Assembly (NCBI GenBank): GCA_018971485.1
Contig: JAGXAQ010000001.1
Coordinates: 131,371 to 195,370 of the forward strand
Origin: Pseudomonadota bacterium
Lineage (GTDB): Bacteria > Pseudomonadota > Gammaproteobacteria > Burkholderiales > REEB80
Direction of reading: 5' to 3'
Length of the DNA stretch: 64,000 bases
The number at the start of each line of letters is the position of its first letter. The stretch's first letter is position 1. Below the pieces are notes generated by a model. That model saw only the letters and a list, made by a program, of their open reading frames with translations. It was not told the origin of the DNA and made no database searches. The position numbers and the translations under genes are program-made. Shown here in pieces: positions 54,935 to 64,000 of this stretch.

Positions 54935-56829
54935 ACATTTCCGGCCTTAACAAAATTATTTTCCCGCCTCTTTAAATGAACAAGTAACAAAGATATAGCT
55001 GCAGGCGTAATCCCACTAATTCTTTTAGCCTGCGCCACCGTATGTGGCTGGTGCAGATTAAGCTTTTGACTTGCCTCTGCTGACAACCCCCTGACCTGAG
55101 AATAATCGAAACCATCAGGTAACCTCATCATCTCCAATCCCTGCATCCGAGTTATTTCTTCCTCCTGCCGAACAATGTAACCTGCATACTTAATATTTGT
55201 TTCTACTTGCAAGCCTATTTCAGCATCTGCAAACGGAACACCCAGCCCTTCCTCCAAGCCTATTAAATCCTGATAGCTCACACCTGGCCGACGCAACAAC
55301 TCTTCAAGATTATATTCCCGTTCAATTGACCGACCTAAAACTCTTAGTATCATTTCTGGATCCATTTTATCCGGGTGAACCCATGTATTCCGCAACCTTA
55401 AGGACTCTTTCTCAATTGCTTCCATTTTCAAGCAATACTTTTTCCATCGCTTTTCATCTATAAGGCCAAGCGCATGCGCCTTCTCCGTCAAACGAGCATC
55501 AGCATTATCTTCTCGCAGCATCAAACGATATTCAGCCCGGCTTGTAAACATTCGATAGGGCTCATTTGTTCCTCGTGTAATCAAATCATCAATAAGCACG
55601 CCTATATACGCCTCATTTCTCTTCAGACTAAAGGCTTCTTTATCTTGAGAAAACAATGCGGCATTAACCCCACCCATCAAACCCTGGGCAGCCGCCTCTT
55701 CATACCCTGTAGTACCATTAATCTGACCTGCAAAAAACAATCCTCCAACAGATCTTACTTCTAGTGTAGGTTTAAGTCCTTTGGGATCAAAATAATCGTA
55801 TTCAATTGCATACCCTGGACGTGTAATATGTGCCCCTGAGAATCCTGGTATAGACCGAACCATTGCCACCTGAACATCAAACGGTAGGCTAGTCGATATG
55901 CCATTTGGATAAACTTCATGCGTAGTCAAGCCCTCTGGCTCAACAAAAACCTGATGAGAATCACGGCCGGAAAAACGATGGATCTTGTCTTCAATTGAAG
56001 GGCAATATCGTGGCCCCACACCTTCTATCACGCCCGTATAGAGCGGCGAACGATTAAGGCCAGAGCGGATTATTTCGTGCGTTTCAGGAGTAGTGCAAGT
56101 AATATAACAAGGGACTTGTTCCGGATGCATTGATGCATCCCCAACATATGAGAATACGGGTACGGGTATATCCCCTGGCTGAGGGGTCATAACTGAAAAG
56201 TCAACCGTTTTCCCATCAATACGCGGTGGGGTACCAGTTTTTAATCTCCCCACAGGAAGACCCAGGTCTCGCAAATAAGCAGCCAAGCGTGTAGATGGAG
56301 CTTCTCCAGCACGTCCGCCAGAAAACTTTTCAAGCCCGACATGGATTTGGCCACCTAAAAAGGTCCCAACCGTCAAAACTACAGCGCGCGACCGGAATAT
56401 AACCCCAGTTTGTGTTTTCACCCCTGCAACACAGCCATCCTTGATTAGCAAGTCATCAACCGACTGCTGAAACAGGTTCAGATTATACTGCGATTCTAAG
56501 CTGGCTCGTATCGACTGTCGATACAGCACCCTATCCGCCTGGGCACGTGTTGCACGAACAGCAGGCCCCTTGCTCGCATTTAAAATACGAAATTGTATCC
56601 CCGCTTCATCAGCAGACAAGGCCATCGCGCCACCCAAGGCGTCTACCTCTTTTACCAGATGGCCTTTACCTATACCCCCAATCGAAGGATTGCATGACAT
56701 CTGCCCCAAGGTATCAAGCGCCTGACTCAAGAGAAGGGTTTTACAGCCCATTCTCGCACTTGCCAGTGCAGCTTCAGTCCCAGCATGGCCGCCACCCACC
56801 ACAATCACATCATAAAATTCTGCAGTCAT
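54931..56829 (-). CDS. mnmG: tRNA uridine 5-carboxymethylaminomethyl modification enzyme MnmG
   Basis: FAD motif [12 protein letters not shown]. About 632 aa. The ATG at 56829 directly follows the TTG at 56832. Confidence 0.95.
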   Translation of the reverse strand: MTAEFYDVIVVGGGHAGTEAALASARMGCKTLLLSQALDTLGQMSCNPSIGGIGKGHLVKEVDALGGAMALSADEAGIQFRILNASKGPAVRATRAQADRVLYRQSIRASLESQYNLNLFQQSVDDLLIKDGCVAGVKTQTGVIFRSRAVVLTVGTFLGGQIHVGLEKFSGGRAGEAPSTRLAAYLRDLGLPVGRLKTGTPPRIDGKTVDFSVMTPQPGDIPVPVFSYVGDASMHPEQVPCYITCTTPETHEIIRSGLNRSPLYTGVIEGVGPRYCPSIEDKIHRFSGRDSHQVFVEPEGLTTHEVYPNGISTSLPFDVQVAMVRSIPGFSGAHITRPGYAIEYDYFDPKGLKPTLEVRSVGGLFFAGQINGTTGYEEAAAQGLMGGVNAALFSQDKEAFSLKRNEAYIGVLIDDLITRGTNEPYRMFTSRAEYRLMLREDNADARLTEKAHALGLIDEKRWKKYCLKMEAIEKESLRLRNTWVHPDKMDPEMILRVLGRSIEREYNLEELLRRPGVSYQDLIGLEEGLGVPFADAEIGLQVETNIKYAGYIVRQEEEITRMQGLEMMRLPDGFDYSQVRGLSAEASQKLNLHQPHTVAQAKRISGITPAAISLLLVHLKRRENNFVKAGNV

Positions 56830-56848
56830 CAATTCAACCCGGCATTAA

Positions 56849-56864
56849 AGTTTCACGTGAAACA
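56849..56864. promoter_or_regulatory. parS: parS centromere-like ParB binding site (15 of 16 match to consensus)
   Basis: AGTTTCACGTGAAACA compared with the widely conserved parS TGTTTCACGTGAAACA. The central 14 nt form a perfect palindrome. It lies 20 nt upstream of mnmG and about 2.5 kb from parAB. Confidence 0.7.
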
Positions 56865-56934
56865 AATTATGATGCCATTTTAGCATGAATGAAAAAAGTA
56901 GCTGTGGAATTGAACTGCAGCAAAAAAGAAAAAC

Positions 56935-57606
56935 TCAGGTATTTTGATAAAAAGTATAGTAGGCAAGTACTTTTTTAACATAGTCCTGGGTTTGCGTAAT
57001 GGCAGGCACCTTGTACCCGCTTTTAATGACAAGGGTAGGGCCTGCATTATATGCTGCCAAGGCCAATTTCAGATTGCCGTTAAACCGGTTAATTAAATAA
57101 CTTAGATACCTAGATCCGGCACTGATGCTTTGCGAGGGATCAAATGTGTCTTTCACACCGTAGAACCTTGCAGTCTCTGGCATTAATTGCATTAACCCAT
57201 GCGCCCCACTACTTGATGTAGCCCTTGGATTAAAATTCGATTCAACGGCCATAACAGCCACAATCAATGCCCTATTTATCCCGCTGCGACTAGCGGCATC
57301 TGTTATTAGCTCATTATATTTAGCCGGGATTTTCGGGGCAGATGGCGAGCCGTTGGATGTCTTCGAGACATCCAACGGAATAACAGCATTTGAGGACTGC
57401 TGCTGGGTTGATACTGCATTATTATTGGTTGAAACAACCCCGGAAAATATGTTTGAGATCGGCGCAATACATTTATCAAACAAGGTCCGCGCAGGTACGG
57501 CCCACATCAAAGTGTTCATGGAATACCATGCCATTGCAGAGAAAACGGCTATCGCCAAAAATCCCGATGCTTTTTCCATCCGAACAGAAATAAGGTTATG
57601 CTTCAT
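56935..57606 (-). CDS. lytic transglycosylase (SLT domain), membrane-anchored
   Basis: N-terminal TM, a Ser/Asn/Gln-rich linker, and SLT motifs AVESNFNPRATSSSGAHGLMQLMPETA and AAYNAG. GGAG RBS. Confidence 0.88.
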   Translation of the reverse strand: MKHNLISVRMEKASGFLAIAVFSAMAWYSMNTLMWAVPARTLFDKCIAPISNIFSGVVSTNNNAVSTQQQSSNAVIPLDVSKTSNGSPSAPKIPAKYNELITDAASRSGINRALIVAVMAVESNFNPRATSSSGAHGLMQLMPETARFYGVKDTFDPSQSISAGSRYLSYLINRFNGNLKLALAAYNAGPTLVIKSGYKVPAITQTQDYVKKVLAYYTFYQNT

Positions 57607-57706
57607 ACGCTCCGCCCAGTCCTACACCCGAATTTCATACAACGGAATAATGATAAACACGAAGATTTGACAAACAGAAAAACGGATGAGATTTAAAACG
57701 GGACTA

Positions 57707-57734
57707 ATGATATCACAAAAACTTATTTTGTCAA
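57707..57734 (-). promoter_or_regulatory. putative sigma70 promoter for the transglycosylase gene
   Basis: Minus strand reads TTGACA (57734-57729), 16 nt, TATCAT (57712-57707). It lies about 100 nt upstream of the ATG at 57606. The -35 element sits in the loop of a 10-bp AT-rich inverted repeat (57713-57722 and 57740-57749). Confidence 0.5.
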
Positions 57735-57752
57735 AAATAGTTTTTGTGAAAC

Positions 57753-59072
57753 TTATTTCCCTATACAAAAACGGGAAAATATTTCACCCAGCAAATCCTC
57801 AGAATCAAAGAAACCGGTAATTCTGGCCAAAGCTCCATGTGCATGGCGTAATGATTCGGCAAATAACTCCAAGGAGTCACAAACCTCAAAAGCTTGATCA
57901 ACAGATTCTTTGCATGACTGTATAGCTTCAATATGCCGTGCCCGTGCGGTAAATGTGCCCTCACCTATATCCTCAGACTCAGCAAAATGGCGTAAGCGAT
58001 CTTGTAAATTAGCGATGTTCTTTCCAGATTTAGCAGAAATGGCAAAACCATCTGAGAAATCAACATTCGGGGCGGCCAAGTCCATTTTATTGTAAATTTT
58101 CCAAACCTGAATATCTGATGAGATAATATCAATCGCTTCTGGTTGCCTAGGCATAGAAGCATCTACAACCCACAAAACCAGGTCGGCTCCATAAATTGCC
58201 TTATGCGCACGATTAATTCCTTCCTGCTCTATCAGGTCATCAGACTCGTGTATTCCAGCTGTATCTGTCATTGTCAAAACAATTGAACCTAAGCGTATTG
58301 TTTCCGAAATGGTGTCACGCGTCGTACCAGAGTAAGGGGTAACTATAGCCACATCATCCTTCGCGAAAGCATTAAGCAAAGTAGACTTGCCAGCATTAGG
58401 TGGCCCTGCGATGACTATGGAAAGGCCATCGCGTATGCGGCGCCCACTTTGCGCCTGAGATAGCAGTACTTCAAGATCTTGGTTGATTCCAAGCAGTTTT
58501 TCCCGCATCATCAGCTTATCTTGAAAACCAATGTCTTCTTCCGGAAAATCAATTGACGCTTCAACGAACATTCTCAGATCAATAAGACGATCACGTATCT
58601 CGTTAATTCTTTTTGAAAATACACCGTTTAAAGAACGTAACGATGCCTTAGCAGACTGCCGGGAAGAAGCCTCAATAAGATCAGCAACACTTTCCGCCTG
58701 AACCAAATCGAGCCGATCATTCAGAAATGCACGTTGTGTGAATTCACCTGGTAAAGCTAGCCTAGCGCCTAAATTAATACACTGTTCCAAGATTAGGTTA
58801 AGCACTACCGGGCCGCCATGCCCTTGAAACTCCAGAACGAATTCTCCAGTATAGGAATATGGAGCTGGAAAATATAGGAGTATACCCTCATCTATCACTT
58901 CACCGGAAACTTCCCTGAACTGGCAAAAATGGGCATAGCGAGGTTTGGGTGTTATGCCAGCCAAATTCAGGGCAAAAGACAATACCTCTTGCCCTGATAA
59001 GCGTACAACACCAATACCACCAAGCCCTGGAGCTGTCGCAACAGCAACAATAGTGTCAGTATCAGGAATCAC
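57753..59072 (-). CDS. mnmE: tRNA modification GTPase MnmE
   Basis: DTIVAVATAPG N-terminus, G1 motif GPPNAGKSTLLN, C-terminal CIGK. GTG start. Overlaps yidC by 11 nt. Confidence 0.94.
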   Translation of the reverse strand: MIPDTDTIVAVATAPGLGGIGVVRLSGQEVLSFALNLAGITPKPRYAHFCQFREVSGEVIDEGILLYFPAPYSYTGEFVLEFQGHGGPVVLNLILEQCINLGARLALPGEFTQRAFLNDRLDLVQAESVADLIEASSRQSAKASLRSLNGVFSKRINEIRDRLIDLRMFVEASIDFPEEDIGFQDKLMMREKLLGINQDLEVLLSQAQSGRRIRDGLSIVIAGPPNAGKSTLLNAFAKDDVAIVTPYSGTTRDTISETIRLGSIVLTMTDTAGIHESDDLIEQEGINRAHKAIYGADLVLWVVDASMPRQPEAIDIISSDIQVWKIYNKMDLAAPNVDFSDGFAISAKSGKNIANLQDRLRHFAESEDIGEGTFTARARHIEAIQSCKESVDQAFEVCDSLELFAESLRHAHGALARITGFFDSEDLLGEIFSRFCIGK

Positions 59073-60678
59073 CTGTGGAGCTGCCTGCCCTATTAACCGA
59101 TTGATTAATGTACCACTGCTGGGTAATGGATACGATATTATTCACCAACCAATACAACACAAGCCCGGCAGGGAAAAACATAAAAAATATCGTCATGGCA
59201 AGGGGCATGAAAAGCATGACCTTTTCCTGAACTGGATCAACAGGCTTGGGGTTGATCTTGGTCTGAATGAACATAGTAATACCCATAATAATAGGTAATA
59301 CATAATATGGATCTTTAACCGATAAATCATGAATCCAAAATATAAACGGAGCGCCACGAAGCTCAAAACTGCTAATCAGAACCCAGTAAAGTGATAGGAA
59401 TACCGGAATTTGAATCACAACAGGAAGACATCCGCCAAGTGGGTTAACCTTCTCACGTTTGTATAACTCCATAATTTCATGATGTAATTTCTGCTTATCT
59501 TTACCGTACTGCTCCTTTATTCTTTGCAGTCTTGGCCCCAACACCCTCATTTGTGCCATGGAGCGGTAGCTTTTAGCTGAAAGCGGGTAAAAAACAATCT
59601 TAATGAGTAACGTCAGGATTATTATTGAAAATCCCCAATTATTCACAATCCGATGAATGTAACTCAAAAGCCAAAAAATTGGTTTGGCAAATATCGCTAA
59701 CTTTCCATAATCAATCGTCAACGGAAGACCGGGCGCTGCTTTGGCAAGTATCCTTTCATCTTTCGGACCTGCAAATAAGTCCGTTGATATTTTTTGATCC
59801 TGCCCAGGGGCTACTGTTACTGTCGGTAACATCACGCCAACTGCAAACAAATGGCTTTCAATCTCACGGGTATAAAACCGTCTTTCAAGTCCAGCAGGGG
59901 GCAGCCAGGCAGAAACAAAGTAATGCTGTTCCATAGCAATCCAGCCATCTTGGGACGTATGGGGATAATCATGACTCCCCTTGGCAATCGAGCTGAAATC
60001 AATTTTCTTTAGCTTACTTGCATTCGTATATAAAACTGGCCCCGTATAAGAATGAATTACAGCAGACTGATTCGGTGTTTTTGCATCTGTACGCAAAAAT
60101 TGAAAATACGGGGTTGCCTGAACTGCTTGATTGGAATGGTTTACTATACGGTAAGCAATATTGACTATATAGCTATCCCGATGAAACGTAAAAACCTTAT
60201 CAACAACCATTCCATCTGCAGCATGATAATGCAGTATCAGGCTTACAGCCTGTTGACCGGGCTGCATCGTTACATTTGATACATCTGCAGTGTAAACCTG
60301 AAGATGGGTCGGCATTTGAGGGCCCAGCAACCCGCTTTGAGCAACATAGGGGATTGGCGAGGTTTCAAATAATTTCAAAGGCTTTTGTGAATGACCAGGT
60401 TCTCGCTGCTGCAATAAAGTTAACCCACGGATATCTCCGCCCACAGTTGAAATTTTCGCTGAAAACAAATCCGTAGTCACAATAACAGATTGTCCATGCT
60501 CAAAAGGACCAGTGGGTAACCCTGAGCCTGCTATCGGCGCATTTTGGTTTACTGTAGAAGAGCTGTGCTGGGCAGATTCAGCTGCATTATGCTGAGGGTT
60601 CGCACCTTGCCAATTTTGCCACAATAAAATTATGCCAAAGGACATCACCATCAGAAGGATTAGTCGTCGCGTATCCAT
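59062..60678 (-). CDS. yidC: membrane protein insertase YidC
   Basis: 538 aa with an N-terminal TM, a large periplasmic domain and the C-terminal 60-kDa insertase core. Confidence 0.95.
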   Translation of the reverse strand: MDTRRLILLMVMSFGIILLWQNWQGANPQHNAAESAQHSSSTVNQNAPIAGSGLPTGPFEHGQSVIVTTDLFSAKISTVGGDIRGLTLLQQREPGHSQKPLKLFETSPIPYVAQSGLLGPQMPTHLQVYTADVSNVTMQPGQQAVSLILHYHAADGMVVDKVFTFHRDSYIVNIAYRIVNHSNQAVQATPYFQFLRTDAKTPNQSAVIHSYTGPVLYTNASKLKKIDFSSIAKGSHDYPHTSQDGWIAMEQHYFVSAWLPPAGLERRFYTREIESHLFAVGVMLPTVTVAPGQDQKISTDLFAGPKDERILAKAAPGLPLTIDYGKLAIFAKPIFWLLSYIHRIVNNWGFSIIILTLLIKIVFYPLSAKSYRSMAQMRVLGPRLQRIKEQYGKDKQKLHHEIMELYKREKVNPLGGCLPVVIQIPVFLSLYWVLISSFELRGAPFIFWIHDLSVKDPYYVLPIIMGITMFIQTKINPKPVDPVQEKVMLFMPLAMTIFFMFFPAGLVLYWLVNNIVSITQQWYINQSVNRAGSSTGDS

Positions 60679-60696
60679 TATACTTTCTCAAAACTG

Positions 60697-60906
60697 TTAT
60701 GGTAGGGGATCAACACCGCCTGCATGCCAAGGATGACAACGTACAATCCTTTTTAAACCAAGCCATATTCCTCGCCATGCGCCATATCGTTCTACTGCTT
60801 CACGCGTGTAATCAGAGCAAGATGGCAGATATCGACAATGAGGCCCGCCGAATGAATTTTTAAGCAGATTATAAAGGCGAATCATGAAGATCAAGAGGCG
60901 AGACAT
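60697..60906 (-). CDS. yidD: membrane protein insertion efficiency factor YidD
   Basis: 69 aa with CRYLPSCSDY and HPWHAGGVDP motifs. Confidence 0.92.
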   Translation of the reverse strand: MSRLLIFMIRLYNLLKNSFGGPHCRYLPSCSDYTREAVERYGAWRGIWLGLKRIVRCHPWHAGGVDPLP

Positions 60907-61247
60907 GTTACCAGCTTATCAAAAAGTTGTTCAAGCTCGTAAGCCGCACTTGTATATGACCCTTTTACAAGGCGCTTCTTAACACGAACTACAAAACTCA
61001 CCGAGTCGAGAGCATGCTGCTGCTTACGAAAAACCTCACGAACAACCCTCCGAGCATAGTTTCGATCAACTGCTCGTTTAGCAACCTTGCGTGTCACTAT
61101 CACAGCCAGGCACGGTAGATTATCATTGTTAACTGAGCCGGCAACCTGGAATATCATACCGTTAACACGCCTAGACTGGCTAAGGACACTTCGAATCATG
61201 GCTGACTTCAGACGGTTATGCCGTGAGAACCGGTAAAGTTCACCCAT
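60891..61247 (-). CDS. rnpA: ribonuclease P protein component
   Basis: Basic protein in the rpmH-rnpA-yidD-yidC order. The ATG at 61247 lies 7 nt after the rpmH stop. The track start at 61286 would overlap rpmH. Confidence 0.88.
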   Translation of the reverse strand: MGELYRFSRHNRLKSAMIRSVLSQSRRVNGMIFQVAGSVNNDNLPCLAVIVTRKVAKRAVDRNYARRVVREVFRKQQHALDSVSFVVRVKKRLVKGSYTSAAYELEQLFDKLVTCLAS

Positions 61248-61254
61248 AATAAAA

Positions 61255-61389
61255 CTAAACAGCCAGCCTCGCCCTGCCTTTAGCACGGCGTGCAGCGATT
61301 ACCGCTCTACCACCGCGTGTTTTCATGCGCACTAAAAACCCATGGGTGCGACGCCGGCGTATCTCAGAAGGTTGGTAAGTTCGTTTCAT
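61255..61389 (-). CDS. rpmH: 50S ribosomal protein L34 (44 aa, below ORF-track cutoff)
   Basis: Hand translation gives [44 protein letters not shown], a typical L34. Confidence 0.95.
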   Translation of the reverse strand: MKRTYQPSEIRRRRTHGFLVRMKTRGGRAVIAARRAKGRARLAV

Positions 61390-61492
61390 TCTCTATTGCC
61401 CTTTTAATGCCCTTCAAATAGGGCTTTATCTAAAACTCGTAATTAGACCTTGAAATACGTCAAAATGTCAACTCAATTTTCCCTGCACTTCT

Positions 61493-61501
61493 TGTGGATA
61501 A
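61493..61501. promoter_or_regulatory. consensus DnaA box
   Basis: TGTGGATAA is the reverse complement of TTATCCACA, a perfect 9-mer. It lies 72 nt upstream of the dnaA ATG at 61573. Confidence 0.75.
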
Positions 61502-61572
61502 CATATCTCAAACCAGCTAGAATACTAACTTAAACCCCGCGCAGCCAATACAAAGACGGGGGCCCAATTATA

Positions 61573-62988
61573 ATGACCTCTACCCACCGGAAACAGACGG
61601 AATATATGGAAGGATTTTGGCCAGACTGCCTAAAGCGGTTTGAACAGGAGTTGACTTCTCAACAATTCAACACTTGGATCAAACCCTTGAAATTTGAAGC
61701 AGGCACTGCCAGCTTTCGATTAATTGCACCCAACAAATTTGTACTGCAATGGATTAAAGATCGCTTTTTATCTCGCATTGAAACAATGGCTGCCGAGTAT
61801 TTCAAAGAACCACTTCCTCAAGTTTATCTTTGTCTAGCGAGCCTTGAATCCGTGGTGGCGTCTAGCCAGGAAAAGGCCCCGACTTATCCGCACAGCACAA
61901 ACAGTATCAAGAAAGAGCCACTACCCGATACAACTAGTGCAGGCTCACAAAAAAATAACCGGAAGGAAATACCCAGAATCAATCAGGCGTTTACTTTCAG
62001 TAATTTTATAAGCGGCAGGGCCAATCAGCTCGCTCGTGCAGCTGCAATAAATGTTGCTGAAAACCCAGGCGTTGCTTATAACCCTCTTTTTGTCTACGGG
62101 GGAGTAGGCTTGGGAAAAACCCACTTAATTCAGGCAATCGGGAATATGGTTCTTGAAAACAATCACACGGCACGTGTGCGGTATCTTCATGCAGAACGTT
62201 ATGTATCTGATGTTGTCAGAGCTTACCAACATAAATCTTTTGATGAATTTAAAAGAGACTATCACTCACTAGATGTATTGTTGATAGATGATATTCAATT
62301 TTTTAGCGGGAAATCACGTACCCAAGAAGAATTTTTTTATGTATTCAATGCACTTACTGAATCCCACAAACAGGTTATTATTACCTGCGATACCTATCCC
62401 AAAGAAATCGAAGGGATGGAAGATCGTCTAATTTCCCGGTTCGGCTGGGGGCTAACCGTATCCATTGATCCACCTGAACTTGAAATGCGGGTCGCCATTC
62501 TCATCAATAAGGCTAAAGTGGAAGGTATTTCGCTTTCTGAAGATGTTGCTTTTTTTATTGCCAAGCAAATCCATTCAAATGTTAGAGAGCTTGAAGGGGC
62601 GCTTAAACGGGTACTGGCTTTTTCCAGGTTCTCCGGCCATCCTGTTTCACTAGGGCTAGCAAAAGAAGCACTTAAGGATCTCCTTGCGGTTCAAAATCGC
62701 CAGATATCCATAGAAAATATCCAAAAAACGGTCGCCGACTACTACAAAATAAAAGTTGCCGACATGTATTCACGAAAACGCTCGCAACAGGTTGCCCGCC
62801 CAAGACAGGTAGCCATGGCCTTGGCCAAGGAACTAACAAATCTAAGCCTGCCGGCAATTGGAGATGCTTTCGGTGGCCGTGATCACACGACAGTTTTACA
62901 TGCATGCCGCAAGATTTTGGAACTGACTGCTACCGACCCAACGCTCATGCGTGAATTCAACATGCTTATACAGGTTTTACGAGGCTGA
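61573..62988 (+). CDS. dnaA: chromosomal replication initiator DnaA
   Basis: AAA+ Walker [11 protein letters not shown] and a C-terminal DNA-binding domain (DHTTVLHA). The alternative ATG at 61606 (MEGFWPDCL...) aligns better with the E. coli N-terminus. Confidence 0.95.
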   Translation: MTSTHRKQTEYMEGFWPDCLKRFEQELTSQQFNTWIKPLKFEAGTASFRLIAPNKFVLQWIKDRFLSRIETMAAEYFKEPLPQVYLCLASLESVVASSQEKAPTYPHSTNSIKKEPLPDTTSAGSQKNNRKEIPRINQAFTFSNFISGRANQLARAAAINVAENPGVAYNPLFVYGGVGLGKTHLIQAIGNMVLENNHTARVRYLHAERYVSDVVRAYQHKSFDEFKRDYHSLDVLLIDDIQFFSGKSRTQEEFFYVFNALTESHKQVIITCDTYPKEIEGMEDRLISRFGWGLTVSIDPPELEMRVAILINKAKVEGISLSEDVAFFIAKQIHSNVRELEGALKRVLAFSRFSGHPVSLGLAKEALKDLLAVQNRQISIENIQKTVADYYKIKVADMYSRKRSQQVARPRQVAMALAKELTNLSLPAIGDAFGGRDHTTVLHACRKILELTATDPTLMREFNMLIQVLRG

Positions 62989-63024
62989 ATATATACTCAC
63001 CCATTTAGATATAAAAGGCTAATC

Positions 63025-64000
63025 ATGGTTCTTCTACAAACTGACCGAGACACACTACTCAAACCTCTTCAAACAGTAACAGGGATTGTTGAACGACGCC
63101 ACACACTACCAATACTATCGAATGTATTAATTGAAGGTAATAATGGCTTACGCCTGACCGCAACCGACCTTGAGATTCAGGTGCAAACCCATAGTGATGT
63201 GCAAATATCCAAACAACCGTTTTCCCTGACTGTGTCAGCTAAAAAACTACAGGACATTTTAAGGGCGTTGCCAGATTCAGCCTCAATTAGTATTGAAGAG
63301 GAATCAGGAAAACTGCTTCTAAGATCCAGTACAAGCCGTTTTACCCTGCAAACCCTTAGTGCAGAAGATTTTCCAATATTGTCCTTGTCCGATGATGTGC
63401 TCACAACACTTAAAGTACCACAAACGGAATTAAGTCGGCTAATTTCCCAAGTATCCTATGCCATGGCGCAGCAGGATATGCGTTATTATTTAAATGGCCT
63501 GCTTCTAGTGATTGATGCAGGGACACTTAAACTCATTGCAACTGATGGCCATCGCTTAAGCTATGCAAGCCTTTCACTCCCTCCGGAATCAATAAACTTG
63601 CCTCCTAAAATCTCTTCCCAGGAAGTCATTCTGCCTCGTAAAACAGTTCTTGAATTAGGGCGGCTAATGAATGGCGCTGATGGCGAAGCTATCATCCAGC
63701 TATCTAAAAATCAGGCCATGACGAGCTTTGATAATACGGCAATTATTTCAAAAGTCATTGATGGAAAATTTCCGGATTACACACGGGTCATCCCAGTCAA
63801 CCACCCTAAAAATATCTGCGTAAATCGTCAAACCCTCTTGTCAGCAATGCAAAGAGTAGCCATTCTCTCTAATGAAAAATTCCGTGGGGTAAGATTAATC
63901 CTGAATGACATGTGTCTTAAAGTTATTAGTAATAACCTGGAGCAAGAAGAAGCTGAAGAATTAATTAATGTCCAATATCAAGGTGAGCCCCTTGATATTG
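63025..64000 (+). CDS. dnaN: DNA polymerase III beta sliding clamp (3' end outside the window)
   Basis: Hand translation from the ATG at 63025 gives MVLLQTDRDTLLKPLQTVTGIVERRHTLPILSNVLIE.., typical DnaN. AAAAGG RBS. The frame stays open to the window end. Confidence 0.93.
   Translation, partial: MVLLQTDRDTLLKPLQTVTGIVERRHTLPILSNVLIEGNNGLRLTATDLEIQVQTHSDVQISKQPFSLTVSAKKLQDILRALPDSASISIEEESGKLLLRSSTSRFTLQTLSAEDFPILSLSDDVLTTLKVPQTELSRLISQVSYAMAQQDMRYYLNGLLLVIDAGTLKLIATDGHRLSYASLSLPPESINLPPKISSQEVILPRKTVLELGRLMNGADGEAIIQLSKNQAMTSFDNTAIISKVIDGKFPDYTRVIPVNHPKNICVNRQTLLSAMQRVAILSNEKFRGVRLILNDMCLKVISNNLEQEEAEELINVQYQGEPLDI

Noticed and set aside
56901-56912. DnaA-box-like TGTGGAATT between mnmG and the transglycosylase gene, hinting at a gidA-adjacent oriC.
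   Set aside because: It has three mismatches to TGTGGATAA, no accompanying boxes and no AT-rich repeats.
57740-57755. Second GTGAAAC half-site downstream of mnmE as another parS, or as a target-site duplication flanking the transglycosylase gene.
   Set aside because: Only the 7-nt half matches. The full 16-mer has about six mismatches to parS, and a 7-mer is expected several times by chance in 64 kb.

Overview
This window is mostly core, origin-proximal chromosome. The gene order resembles a betaproteobacterium of the Nitrosomonadales type, but that is inferred from synteny only and no search was run. I support 56 protein-coding genes.

Left to right, the genes are:
- rubredoxin (below the ORF-track length cutoff), thiD-thiE-hemL, and ccsA/ccsB plus a dihaem cytochrome c4
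- engB and hemB
- an mrcA / unknown / PilZ unit, divergent from pilMNOPQ-aroK-aroB
- gltBD, hemE, priA, argS and a SPOR-domain protein
- an accessory block (31.8-39.3 kb)
- an uninterrupted run of 24 minus-strand genes: dusA, a two-component system, glmS-glmU, atpIBEFHAGDC, parAB, rsmG, mnmG, a lytic transglycosylase, mnmE, yidC, yidD, rnpA, rpmH
- dnaA and a partial dnaN on the plus strand after the strand switch

I saw no tRNA, rRNA, CRISPR array, transposase or integrase. Many genes are translationally coupled through 1-26 nt overlaps. Three convergent gene pairs share overlapping stop codons.

The one locus that looks like a system rather than housekeeping is a divergent fatty-acid-signal module at 32.7-39.3 kb. 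An Aas-type acyl-ACP synthetase/acyltransferase and a FadL channel face an RpfF-like DSF synthase. That synthase is followed by a PAS-GGDEF-EAL protein carrying an N-terminal MerR-type HTH. The layout resembles the Burkholderia RpfF/RpfR pair but has a different receptor architecture and an Aas in the RpfB position.

Smaller observations:
- a near-consensus parS next to mnmG
- one perfect DnaA box upstream of dnaA
- an orphan minus-strand terminator with a hairpin cluster upstream of hemB (candidate sRNA or antisense RNA)
- a 53-nt perfect palindromic terminator after atpC
- a 13-bp inverted repeat between pilQ and aroK
- an orphan ParA-like ATPase

Several ORF-track starts appear over-extended, and I moved them using RBS position and homologue N-termini. 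All functional calls rest on motif recognition by eye. Nothing here was verified by database search.
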